Source: an uncultured Pseudomonadota bacterium
GTDB taxonomy: Bacteria > Babelota > Babeliae > Babelales > CAIQNR01
NCBI GenBank assembly: GCA_964606885.1
Contig: CAZSHB010000001.1
Coordinates: 61,569 to 125,568 of the forward strand
DNA: 64,000 nucleotides
Direction of reading: 5' to 3'
Positions 45,178 to 56,434 of this stretch are shown here, in pieces; positions within the stretch are counted from its first letter, which is position 1; the number at the start of each line of letters is the position of its first letter. The position numbers were made by a program, and so were the translations under genes. The notes below the pieces were generated by a model, which did no database searches, was not told the origin of the DNA, and was given only the letters and a program-made list of their open reading frames with translations.

Positions 45178-45924
45178 TTACTTATTTAAAGCATGTTGAT
45201 AATTCATCTGCACAAAATGCCAGTTAACCACGTACCACCAAGCAGTGGTATAATCCATACGTCTATTTTTATATTGTAAGTAATACGCGTGTTCCCACAC
45301 ATCAAGACCAAGCAACGGCACCAATCCTTGGGATAATGGCGTATCTTGATTAGCGGTAGAAACGACAGAAAGTTTTGCAGTGTGAGGATCTACGACAAGC
45401 CATGCCCAACCACTACCAAAACGTGTTTTTGCTGCATTATTAAATTGCTCTTTAAAATGAGCAAACGATCCAAAATCTTTTGCAATAGCAGCTGCTAATG
45501 AACCTGTAGGCTCTGGCAACGTGTTACTCGTATTGGCCTGCATACAGTTCCAGAAAAACGTATGGTTCTCTACACCACCACCATGATTTTGCACTGCTGT
45601 TCTGATATCAGCTGGTACAGCATCAAGGTCTTTTAATAATGCCACTAATGGTTTTGCAAACAATGCAGGATGCTTTTCTAGCGCAGCATTAAGACCATCG
45701 ACATAGGCTTGCTGATGTTTTTTATGATGCAGTTCCATAATCTCTTGTTCAATATACGGTTCAAGCGCATTATACGCATACGGTAAGGGGGGTAATACAT
45801 GCATACTAATATCTTTCTTAGGATTAGTTGTTGTTATATTTTGCTGCCACGCTTTAGTAATTGCTACAGCAGCTCCTACACCTACTAAGATACTGCTGAT
45901 ACCAAGCAAAACAAATTTTTTCAT
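45178..45924 (-). CDS. Fe/Mn superoxide dismutase with N-terminal signal/anchor sequence
   Basis: LPYAYNALEPYI, HHKKHH and the signature DVWEHAYYL. ATG at 45924 gives the leader MKKFVLLGISSILVGVGAAVAITKA. The longer ORF-track start (46041) would overlap ftsB. Confidence 0.85.
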   Translation of the reverse strand: MKKFVLLGISSILVGVGAAVAITKAWQQNITTTNPKKDISMHVLPPLPYAYNALEPYIEQEIMELHHKKHQQAYVDGLNAALEKHPALFAKPLVALLKDLDAVPADIRTAVQNHGGGVENHTFFWNCMQANTSNTLPEPTGSLAAAIAKDFGSFAHFKEQFNNAAKTRFGSGWAWLVVDPHTAKLSVVSTANQDTPLSQGLVPLLGLDVWEHAYYLQYKNRRMDYTTAWWYVVNWHFVQMNYQHALNK

Positions 45925-45940
45925 AGTTACACTTTCTTTT

Positions 45941-46252
45941 TTAAGATTGCACGACATTTTCAGGAGGCGTTTCTGTAATAACATACAACTGTTCTGATGG
46001 ACGCGCCATTTGCAACTGCTCACGAGCAAATTTTTCTGCATAAAAATCGGTCGTTTGCCATTGATGAATACGCTCTTCTAAAGCTTTACTTTCTTTTACA
46101 ACATCTGCAATTGCAATATGAATATCGGCTATTTCTTTTTTAAGACCACGCGCAACATACATGCTTGATGGTCCAAAAAAATATAAGCCTATAAAAAGCA
46201 CAATCTCGAGAACAAAAAAAAATCGTAAAAAAGAACGCTTTGTTAGCAGCAT
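45941..46252 (-). CDS. ftsB: Septum formation initiator FtsB/DivIC family
   Basis: 103 aa with one TM followed by a coiled coil and the conserved EKFAREQLQM...P.E motif. Confidence 0.7.
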   Translation of the reverse strand: MLLTKRSFLRFFFVLEIVLFIGLYFFGPSSMYVARGLKKEIADIHIAIADVVKESKALEERIHQWQTTDFYAEKFAREQLQMARPSEQLYVITETPPENVVQS

Positions 46253-46358
46253 ATGGCTCCTTATTTTTAAAAGTCTATCTTAAAGTACTTCACTTTAGCT
46301 TATTAATCAGTGTACGGTACTGCTTTAAACAAGTACCATGGTTTACTAGAGGATAGCT

Positions 46359-47834
46359 ATGAAAAAAGTCTTATTATGCGCTCTGACTCTTACAACCAGC
46401 ACCACTCAATTTGCAGCGACGGGCGTCACCGTTAAAACAGATCTAACCGATGCAGAAAAAGAAATCGTAGCCATGTCCCAAACGCTCACTGAAGCAATCA
46501 ACTGCATTCACAACCGTTATTACCACAGCCTCAATTCAGAGGAGGTTAAAAAAGCCTTCTCAAATGCTATCCGTGGTTTTACCAAACTTGATCCACACAC
46601 AGGATTTCTTGATGATAAAGAATGTCGCTTTCTACAAGAGCAAATGGCTGGTGAATTTTATGGCATAGGCATCGTGCTTCCGGGTGATAAAGATGTAGAA
46701 GAAGAATATGTTCCTGCTATTGAAATTATCCCTAACGGCCCTGCTGATAAAGCTGGTTTAAAACAAGGTGATAAAATTATAGAAATTAAAGACATCATCG
46801 TTAAAGGCATGAGCATGTCAGAAGTGCTTGCAGCTATTAAGGGCGAAAAGAACAGCCAAGTTACTATCAAAGTTATGCGCGAAAAATATCCTGAACCAAT
46901 CACCTTTGATGTTAAACGGGATGTAATCAAGTCTGATGATATGTTCTTAATGTTCCATTTACCTGAACAAAACATCTATTACCTCATGCTCTCGGTATTT
47001 AGCGAAAAATCGGTTATTCATGTACGCAAACTGCTTGAAGTTGCAAACAAGAATAAAGCTGAAGGTTTAATTATCGATCTACGCAACAACACCGGCGGTC
47101 TGCTTGATGCAGCGGTTGATATCGCAAGTTTATTCTTACCAAAAGACTCACTGGTCGTAGTAACCAAAAACAGAGAAAACAAAGTAACTGAAAGCTGGAA
47201 AACCAAAAAGAAACCGCTTGATCGTCCACAAGGCATGCCAATCTTTTTCATAACCAACAACTACACCGCTTCAGCAGCAGAAATTCTAGCCGGTACACTA
47301 TCACTCTACTCGCAAAATAATGGAGAAAAACTGAACCTGTTTGTCTTCACCGTAGGTATTGATACGTTCGGTAAAGGGTCAGTCCAAGAAGTAATTTCCC
47401 TCTCTAACCATTGCGCTCTGCGTATGACCACCGCGCTCTACTTTTTACCATTTGATACGCTCATACAAGGCAAAGGCATCACCCCCGATTTCCATATTGA
47501 GCCACGCACCCCGCCAAGTGAAACGGTTAAATGGATGACCTCCCGTTATGGCCGCGAAGCATCACTTAAAGGTTCTATTAAGCCTCATGGCCACAAAGAA
47601 GAACCTAAAAAAGATGCTAAGAAAAAAGAAGCCAAAAAGAGCTGGGAAGAACAACGTAAAGAACTAATCGCAAAAGACTATATGGTACAAAACACGGTCG
47701 ACTTAATCCGGCTGCGCCATATTGGTATAAAAGCGTATCCAGATCTAACAAAAAGCAGAAAAAAACAGCTTGAATTCCTACAAAAAAACTTTGTGTTGGA
47801 TAACGAACTTAAGCTCGAAAAAGTACCTAACTAA
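46359..47834 (+). CDS. Carboxy-terminal processing (tail-specific) protease, S41 family with PDZ domain
   Basis: Signal peptide, PDZ (GIGIVL...PNGPADKAGLKQGDKIIEI) and an S41 core (LIIDLRNNTGGLL, ASAAEILAG, GKGS). Confidence 0.9.
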   Translation: MKKVLLCALTLTTSTTQFAATGVTVKTDLTDAEKEIVAMSQTLTEAINCIHNRYYHSLNSEEVKKAFSNAIRGFTKLDPHTGFLDDKECRFLQEQMAGEFYGIGIVLPGDKDVEEEYVPAIEIIPNGPADKAGLKQGDKIIEIKDIIVKGMSMSEVLAAIKGEKNSQVTIKVMREKYPEPITFDVKRDVIKSDDMFLMFHLPEQNIYYLMLSVFSEKSVIHVRKLLEVANKNKAEGLIIDLRNNTGGLLDAAVDIASLFLPKDSLVVVTKNRENKVTESWKTKKKPLDRPQGMPIFFITNNYTASAAEILAGTLSLYSQNNGEKLNLFVFTVGIDTFGKGSVQEVISLSNHCALRMTTALYFLPFDTLIQGKGITPDFHIEPRTPPSETVKWMTSRYGREASLKGSIKPHGHKEEPKKDAKKKEAKKSWEEQRKELIAKDYMVQNTVDLIRLRHIGIKAYPDLTKSRKKQLEFLQKNFVLDNELKLEKVPN

Positions 47835-47915
47835 GGCCACTTTTTGACTAATAAGGGCATTTTTGGCATACTAAGACTCATACGAATAATAAGTAATTTT
47901 GTAGAAAAGGATCGT

Positions 47916-48053
47916 ATGAGTCGCGGTTATAAAAATCGATTAACATCGATTAGCATGTGTGGCTTGTTCTTTGTTTTTGTTGCAGTTCTTACGCATCAAA
48001 ATCCCCCACAAAAGAAATCAAACTGTTCCAAGCAGTATCTCGTTAAATTCTAA
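47916..48053 (+). CDS. Possible 45-aa small membrane protein
   Basis: ATG preceded by AAAGGA. One TM (MCGLFFVFVAVLT), followed by a terminator at 48092. The SD and start are buried in an 11-bp inverted repeat (47875-47885 / 47912-47922). Speculative. Confidence 0.25.
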   Translation: MSRGYKNRLTSISMCGLFFVFVAVLTHQNPPQKKSNCSKQYLVKF

Positions 48054-48091
48054 AGTTTCTTAGAATTCTCACTCTAACAGTGTATGCAATT

Positions 48092-48121
48092 AAAAAAGGG
48101 CCTCGCAAAAGGCCCTTTTTC
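48092..48121. terminator. Bidirectional rho-independent terminator
   Basis: aaaaaaGGGCCtcgcaaaaGGCCCttttt. A related copy lies at 48612-48640. Confidence 0.75.
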
Positions 48122-48148
48122 TTTATCTTTATATGATCAACTCATGTA

Positions 48149-48598
48149 CTAGCGTGGACAACTGTGTATACATTTTTCATTACGCTTACACGACCTTACA
48201 CACTCATAATACTGATCTTGCTGCTGCATTGGATCTTGCATCTGCTCTTGCACTGTCATTAATGTACCTTTAACGGTTACTAAATCTGGCAATGATATGT
48301 TGTTATTTCTTGCATTTTGAACGAGCGTTGCTGCATACCAATATTCTCGAGCTTCATAGTATCCACTCGGTTTAGATAAACACATACCTTGAACAAGCAC
48401 TTCACCACTGGTTTGCAATCTTGCCGTTACCGTTTTGCAGGTATTAAAAAATGAACCGCCCACGTGCAAAGGCTGTCTATTCTTCATCATGACTAACTGA
48501 TTATTACTATCTAAAACCGCTATAGCCCTGTAGGTTTTTTTAGCTTGAACTTCTACACTCGCCCCTAACACAACAAGAGCTACTAATAACTTTTTCAT
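48149..48598 (-). CDS. Small secreted Cys-containing protein (family A, long form)
   Basis: Signal peptide MKKLLVALVVLGASVEVQA. Shares the core LHVGGSFFNTCKTVTARLQTSGEVLVQGMCL with the next gene and has an extra Cys-rich tail (CVRSCKRNEKCIHSC). Confidence 0.6.
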   Translation of the reverse strand: MKKLLVALVVLGASVEVQAKKTYRAIAVLDSNNQLVMMKNRQPLHVGGSFFNTCKTVTARLQTSGEVLVQGMCLSKPSGYYEAREYWYAATLVQNARNNNISLPDLVTVKGTLMTVQEQMQDPMQQQDQYYECVRSCKRNEKCIHSCPR

Positions 48599-48611
48599 CT
48601 TAACCTCCTTT

Positions 48612-48640
48612 AAAAAAGGGCCTTTTTCGAGGCCCTTTCT
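48612..48640 (-). terminator. Rho-independent terminator
   Basis: aaaaaaGGGCCtttttcgaGGCCCttt. Confidence 0.7.
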
Positions 48641-48681
48641 CTTTATAACTAAATACGAACTACGCGTAGGATAGTATTTAC

Positions 48682-49035
48682 CTACTTTTTATTAGTCATC
48701 TGATTTACAGTTAATTGGGTAAGCACTGAATTACCATAATCTAATGCATGTTGAACTACCGTGCTTGGATAAGTATATGTCGCACCATAAAACATACATT
48801 TTTCATTTTTATTACGCGAACACGTATTTAGACAATTACCCGTAACAATAATAGTATTTCCTGCACGACCTATTTTTGCTGTTACTTTTTTACATGAATC
48901 TAAAAACGGACCTCCTACCTGCAAAGTACCATATTTTGTTGATATCGATTTACCCTTTGCATCTACAACATTAATAGTTTTTGCTTGCACACATGCGCTA
49001 ACTGCTAGCACGATAAACATTAATATTTTTTTCAT
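48682..49035 (-). CDS. Small secreted Cys-containing protein (family A, short form)
   Basis: Signal peptide MKKILMFIVLAVSACVQA. Core LQVGGPFLDSCKKVTAKIGRAGNTIIVTGNCL is paralogous to 48149-48598. Confidence 0.6.
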   Translation of the reverse strand: MKKILMFIVLAVSACVQAKTINVVDAKGKSISTKYGTLQVGGPFLDSCKKVTAKIGRAGNTIIVTGNCLNTCSRNKNEKCMFYGATYTYPSTVVQHALDYGNSVLTQLTVNQMTNKK

Positions 49036-49231
49036 TTTGACCTCTTTTTAGATTAAAAACCTCACTTACCCCCAGTATAAAAAATTACCAAAACGTCCTT
49101 CAAGGAATTGTTTTAGATAAGCGCAAAAATAATTCCTTTAAGCGCAAGTCGACCCAATGGACATATTGTTAGTTTTTAATAGAAAAAATAAGCTGCATTA
49201 AGCTTCTGAGAGGTCAAGAGTGAAGAGTATG

Positions 49232-51076
49232 TTATTCAACCGTAACAGATTTTGCCAAGTTGCGTGGTCTATCAATCGCACAGCCACGAACACGCGCACA
49301 ATGGTACATCAACAACTGCATCACACCCGTCATTGCCAAGAACGACAAATGATTACCACACGATAAAAATTCCAACGCATCATCAGCCAACGCTTTCAGT
49401 TCATGCTGACCGGTAAAAACAAAGGCGAGCACTCGGCCGCCACGCGCTTTTACTTCTTGCACATTTGATAACGTTTTTTGATACAGCACAGGATCCGGAT
49501 GTGAAAAGACTATCACTGGTGTTTTACTATCAATAAGTGCAAGTGCACCATGTTTAAGTTCCCCAGCTGGATAGGCCTGACAAAACACGTACGCAATTTC
49601 TTTTAATTTAAGGGCTGCTTCTAAAGCAAACGGATAGGCGATTGATCGACCCAAGAAAATCATGGTATCAAACTCCGCATAGAACGGAGCATACGTATCA
49701 ATCAACGTAGATTCATAACGACTCAAACCAGTATCCAACAAGTGTGCCGCTACCAGTATGTCGTCCTGTTTTTTTTCAAACTCTTGCTGAGTTATAAGGC
49801 CACGCTCGTGCGCCATAGCTGCAGCCAACCAGTACAACGCTGCTAACTGAGTAGAGAATGCTTTTGTTGAGGCAACGGCCATTTCTGGACCCGCATGCGT
49901 CAATAAAACACCATCAGTTTCTCGTGCTAAACTGCTTGATGCCACATTAGTAACGACCAATGTTTGTTGACCATGTTGTTTGACCAACTTGATTGCTTCA
50001 AGCGTGTCGGCAGTCTCACCAGATTGTGAGATTGCAATATAGAGCGTATTTTTTTTAGGAATAAAAGTTCGGTAGCGAAATTCTGATGCAAGCTGTGCAT
50101 GTGCAGATATGCCCACAAGATCTTCAAAAAAGAACTCTGCCATGCTGCCTGCGTGCCACGAAGTACCGCATCCAAGAAACACAATCTGTTCTACATTTTT
50201 AATAACTTCAGCACTGATACCAATGTTGGACCAGATCTGATCTTGCATTACACGATACGATTGCACTGAACGCATAATAGCTGCACGTTGTTCGTACATT
50301 TCTTTAAGCATAAAATGTTCATAGCCATCTTTGTGACTTAACACCCATTGCGCATCAATAACTTGTGCAGGAATAGACAGACGGTTGCTTTCAAAATCGT
50401 ACAACTGCACGCCATCTTTAGTAACCAGCGCAACACTATTTTCGGGCATAAAAATAACCCGATCAGTTTTACCTGCAAAGGCAAGTACGTCTGATGCTAC
50501 AAAACATTCTTGAACCCCAAGCCCAATACACAAAGGCGAACCTTTGCGTGCAAGCAATAATGTTTCTGGAAAATGGGATGATAAGGCAACAAAAGCGTAC
50601 GCACCTTCTAGTGATGCAATAGCCGTAGTTAATGCCGCAAGTGGAGTTGCTGTGGTCTTAACCGCATCTTCTAACAAATGGGCGATAACTTCAGTATCCG
50701 TTTGAGACAAAAAAACATGCCCTTCTTGCTCAAGTGTGGTGCGCAAAGAAGCATGATTTTCTATAATGCCGTTATGTACAACGGCGATTTCTTTTTTACA
50801 GTCAATATGAGGATGAGCGTTTTGCTCGGTAGAAAGACCGTGTGTTGACCATCTGGTATGACCAACACTGGTAAAGCCATCTATAGGAAATGCGGTCAGT
50901 TTTTCTTGTAGCTTTTCAAGTTGACCTGCTGCTTTAGCAATCTGAATATTCTGAGTTAAAGCATCGATACAGGCAAAACCGGCAGAGTCGTAACCCCGAT
51001 ACTCAAGTCTTGAAAGTCCTTCTAACACTACTTGCTTACTGGGATTGGTACCTACGTACCCAACAACGCTACACAT
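49232..51076 (-). CDS. glmS: Glutamine--fructose-6-phosphate aminotransferase (isomerizing)
   Basis: N-terminal nucleophile Cys (MCSVVGY), a GATase-2 domain, two SIS domains and the C-terminal ...AKSVTVE. Confidence 0.95.
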   Translation of the reverse strand: MCSVVGYVGTNPSKQVVLEGLSRLEYRGYDSAGFACIDALTQNIQIAKAAGQLEKLQEKLTAFPIDGFTSVGHTRWSTHGLSTEQNAHPHIDCKKEIAVVHNGIIENHASLRTTLEQEGHVFLSQTDTEVIAHLLEDAVKTTATPLAALTTAIASLEGAYAFVALSSHFPETLLLARKGSPLCIGLGVQECFVASDVLAFAGKTDRVIFMPENSVALVTKDGVQLYDFESNRLSIPAQVIDAQWVLSHKDGYEHFMLKEMYEQRAAIMRSVQSYRVMQDQIWSNIGISAEVIKNVEQIVFLGCGTSWHAGSMAEFFFEDLVGISAHAQLASEFRYRTFIPKKNTLYIAISQSGETADTLEAIKLVKQHGQQTLVVTNVASSSLARETDGVLLTHAGPEMAVASTKAFSTQLAALYWLAAAMAHERGLITQQEFEKKQDDILVAAHLLDTGLSRYESTLIDTYAPFYAEFDTMIFLGRSIAYPFALEAALKLKEIAYVFCQAYPAGELKHGALALIDSKTPVIVFSHPDPVLYQKTLSNVQEVKARGGRVLAFVFTGQHELKALADDALEFLSCGNHLSFLAMTGVMQLLMYHCARVRGCAIDRPRNLAKSVTVE

Positions 51077-51108
51077 ACCCTCATTTCCTACTAGCTTATA
51101 AAAACGAA

Positions 51109-51534
51109 TTAACGTTTTACGAACTGGAACTTACGACGAGCGCCTTTTTGACCTGGCTTTTTACGTTCTTTAAGACGTGCATCAACAGTTAATAAACCGT
51201 TTTCACGCAACGTACCACGAAGACCTTCGTCAATTGTGAGTAATGCACGAGCAACGCCTAAGCGAACTGCACCTGCTTGAGAATTTTTACCGCCGCCTTT
51301 AACGTTTACAACAACGTCGTAGCGAGAGACTGCGTCACACACTACAAGAGACTTGATAGCGTCAGAACGTGTTTCATCGGTGTTAAAATAATCAGCACAA
51401 CGTTGTCCATTGATTGCTACTCCGCCTGTACCAGCACGAACCCATACTCGAGCGACTGATGACTTACGACGGCCTACACCACCAATGACACGAGAAGATT
51501 TGGTTTGTTTTTTTTCTTCTTTAGCTTTTACCAT
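51109..51534 (-). CDS. rpsI: 30S ribosomal protein S9
   Basis: GRRKSSVARVWV...GGG.SGQAGA-type core and the C-terminal ARRKFQFVKR. No rplM lies upstream. Confidence 0.9.
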   Translation of the reverse strand: MVKAKEEKKQTKSSRVIGGVGRRKSSVARVWVRAGTGGVAINGQRCADYFNTDETRSDAIKSLVVCDAVSRYDVVVNVKGGGKNSQAGAVRLGVARALLTIDEGLRGTLRENGLLTVDARLKERKKPGQKGARRKFQFVKR

Positions 51535-51681
51535 AGTCTTCTACGATACCTTATTTATGACGTTTGATTACGAATTTTACGCTTGAGTAAGCATATCAGA
51601 TCAAGAACCCTTGTCAATCAAGCCTTCTCTTACCCAATAAGCTTACAGAGAGCTTAAATTTATTTTTTAAGCTTAAATAAG

Positions 51682-52572
51682 CTATGACAAGAGAACCTCA
51701 TTAATGGTAAATCGAGCGTTGGCTGCCATCACAGGGTTAGTATGTTCATAATATGGAAGCTGAATTAAAGCCATAGACAATGCCCAACCTCGACCCCGCT
51801 CCCACGTAGCATCATCTACCTGTAGTTCATTTCGAAATAGAGGCCGAGCCTGAGCAGGCAAAAGATTCCAAGCAGGAATCAAATCAATAGCTGGATCACC
51901 CATACCTAGATAATCAAAATCTATTATCGCACTTAGCCGATTATTCTTAAGCAAAATATTACCTGGCATTAAATCTCCATGCACCCAAACAGGCCGCTTA
52001 TCCCATGCAGGCACTAAAAGTGCCCTTTCCCATAGCGCCAGAACCGCTTGCACATCTATTTTATTGCTCAAAGCATTAAGCGCTACGCGAACTTCTTTAT
52101 CCTGAAAAAATAAGGGCACTCCACGTCTTGATAACGGACCATCAATAAGATTAATTGTATGAAGTGCTTTAATAAATCTTGCAAGATCAAGCGCCAACTT
52201 TTTTGGCTCTACAAGTTGACCCTCTACAGGGTTTTTACCATCCACCCATCGACAAATAGACCATGAGAAAGGATAGTCCTTGGTAGGCATCCCTTTTGCA
52301 ATAAGAGTAGGAACTTGGCATGGTAAATAATGAGCTATTTTTGAAAGCCACTCGCCGCCTGTCATCATACCATCAACAGCACTTGCAACACGCGGTAGAC
52401 GAAGAGACATATCATCACCAAGCCTATAAATCACATGAGAAGTACCTAAAGATTGAATCGGCTTGACTTCAAGCATTAACCACTCTGGAAACTGTTCAGC
52501 TATAAGTCGCTGAATAAGAGACTGTGTAATGTCTATTTCACCGGCGTGCATTTTTTTATTTGTTGTATTCAT
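51682..52572 (-). CDS. Aminoglycoside/macrolide phosphotransferase-family kinase (APH fold)
   Basis: VHGDLMPGNILL and IIDFDYLGMGDPAIDL catalytic motifs. Confidence 0.75.
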   Translation of the reverse strand: MNTTNKKMHAGEIDITQSLIQRLIAEQFPEWLMLEVKPIQSLGTSHVIYRLGDDMSLRLPRVASAVDGMMTGGEWLSKIAHYLPCQVPTLIAKGMPTKDYPFSWSICRWVDGKNPVEGQLVEPKKLALDLARFIKALHTINLIDGPLSRRGVPLFFQDKEVRVALNALSNKIDVQAVLALWERALLVPAWDKRPVWVHGDLMPGNILLKNNRLSAIIDFDYLGMGDPAIDLIPAWNLLPAQARPLFRNELQVDDATWERGRGWALSMALIQLPYYEHTNPVMAANARFTINEVLLS

Positions 52573-52630
52573 ATCTAGATTTCGACGCGTAACTTTTGAT
52601 GGCTTTATTAAAACTCATTTTTCTACTTTT

Positions 52631-52649
52631 AAAAAACTGGCCTGCCAGT
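52631..52649 (-). terminator. Probable terminator after tRNA-Thr
   Basis: The minus strand reads ACTGGCagGCCAGTtttttt. Confidence 0.45.
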
Positions 52650-52668
52650 CATTTCTAAAGGAAATGCC

Positions 52669-52744
<76 letters not shown>

Positions 52745-52849
52745 CTACAGAAAGTATTGATTGCTTAGATGATAACAGTAGGTTTTTCTGCGTCAAGACC
52801 AGAAGACCGACTAGCAAGCTCAAAGACTCTGCAGGCCAACAGTAAAAAA

Positions 52850-53218
52850 TTAGAAATTATTGCCGGCACCAGACTCATAAATTTCTTGGCAAGCCAGACA
52901 GCGCGTTGCATTAGGATACGACATTAAACGACGCTCTGAAATATCCTGTTGGCATTCTGCGCATTCGCCATAGGTGCCATTTTCAAGCATTTCAAGCGCT
53001 TTAATAATAATGCGATACTCTTCAAGCTCGTTATTTTGTAATGACGTTTTAAGCGTTTCTAAAACTGATGATGTTGCCAAATCGGCAGCATCTTGTGACT
53101 GTTCGTCAGAAGGACCTTCTTCTTGCAACATGTTCAGCTCTTCTTGCAGCTGTTGTTTACGATTAAGAAGTACTGTTTTTATCTTCTCCAGGTCCTTTGC
53201 CGTTCTTTTTCCACTCAC
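52850..53218 (-). CDS. dksA: DksA/TraR-family C4 zinc-finger RNA-polymerase-binding protein
   Basis: Coiled-coil N-part with an acidic tip and the C4 finger CAECQQDI...x17...CLACQ. Confidence 0.75.
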   Translation of the reverse strand: MSGKRTAKDLEKIKTVLLNRKQQLQEELNMLQEEGPSDEQSQDAADLATSSVLETLKTSLQNNELEEYRIIIKALEMLENGTYGECAECQQDISERRLMSYPNATRCLACQEIYESGAGNNF

Positions 53219-53687
53219 CTTTTTTCCTTTTTTGTTGGAAGAACTTTTTCAATACTGCACTACATGCTTCTTCTTCAATACCACCCTGTATTATCATTGA
53301 GTCTTTGTTGTATAGCCAAAGACCTAAATCATTGTCAAGTCGAAATCCAAAAAGCGGTGAGCTTGCGCCAAACACAATGCGGCTTATTCTACTCAGTCGG
53401 GCTGCTCCTACACACATAACACATGGCTCTAGTGTCACAAAAAGAGTACTCCCTTCAAGGCGCCAATCTTTTTGCGCTATTGCCGCTTGTGACAAGGCTT
53501 GCAATTCCGCATGGGCAGTTTGTGTATGATTATGTTCCACGGTATTAAAACCAACACCAAGAACAGCTCCATCTGATGCTACCACCAGCGCACCAATAGG
53601 CACTTCATCTTGAAGAAAAGCTTGTTCGGCCTGCAACAAGGCTTGCTGCATATACCATGAATCAGACTGTATTTTTATAATATCCAT
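53163..53687 (-). CDS. tadA: tRNA-specific adenosine deaminase
   Basis: CDA fold with HAELQAL and PCVMCVGA motifs. ATG at 53687 (MDIIKIQ...); the ORF-track start 53774 is probably too long. The 3' end overlaps the dksA start by 56 nt. Confidence 0.85.
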   Translation of the reverse strand: MDIIKIQSDSWYMQQALLQAEQAFLQDEVPIGALVVASDGAVLGVGFNTVEHNHTQTAHAELQALSQAAIAQKDWRLEGSTLFVTLEPCVMCVGAARLSRISRIVFGASSPLFGFRLDNDLGLWLYNKDSMIIQGGIEEEACSAVLKKFFQQKRKKGEWKKNGKGPGEDKNSTS

Positions 53688-53856
53688 AACTACTATTCTA
53701 CGTGTATTAAGGGTTTTTACCACTGGTAGTCTTTTGTGTTGCAAGCGGCGCTTTATTTTTGGCAGCATGCCCATTATCGGGTATACTTAAGCATGTATCA
53801 TTAAGTATCTAAAAAAACGTTGCATAAACAACAAATTTTGATCGATACGTTATTAA

Positions 53857-56331
<2,475 letters not shown>

Positions 56332-56358
56332 ATAACAAATAATAAAAACTAACAATTA

Positions 56359-56406
56359 TTGGCAAAAAGATGCTTTTAACGTATCTTTTTGCCAGTTTTG
56401 TTTTTT
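56359..56406 (+). terminator. Rho-independent terminator of gyrB
   Basis: tTGGCAAAAAGATgcttttaacgtATCTTTTTGCCAgttttgtttttt. Confidence 0.75.
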
Positions 56407-56434
56407 AGGTTGTCATAATAAAAAGAGGTAGTGC

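Noticed and set aside
45925-46041. The long form of the SOD ORF (287 aa, start at 46041).
   Set aside because: The extension would overlap the 3' end of ftsB by ~100 nt and adds a non-hydrophobic peptide before the obvious signal peptide. The ATG at 45924 gives a normal leader.
51077-51108. A glmS ribozyme upstream of glmS.
   Set aside because: Only 32 nt separate the glmS start from the rpsI stop, which is far too short for the ribozyme. glmS is evidently co-transcribed with rpsI.
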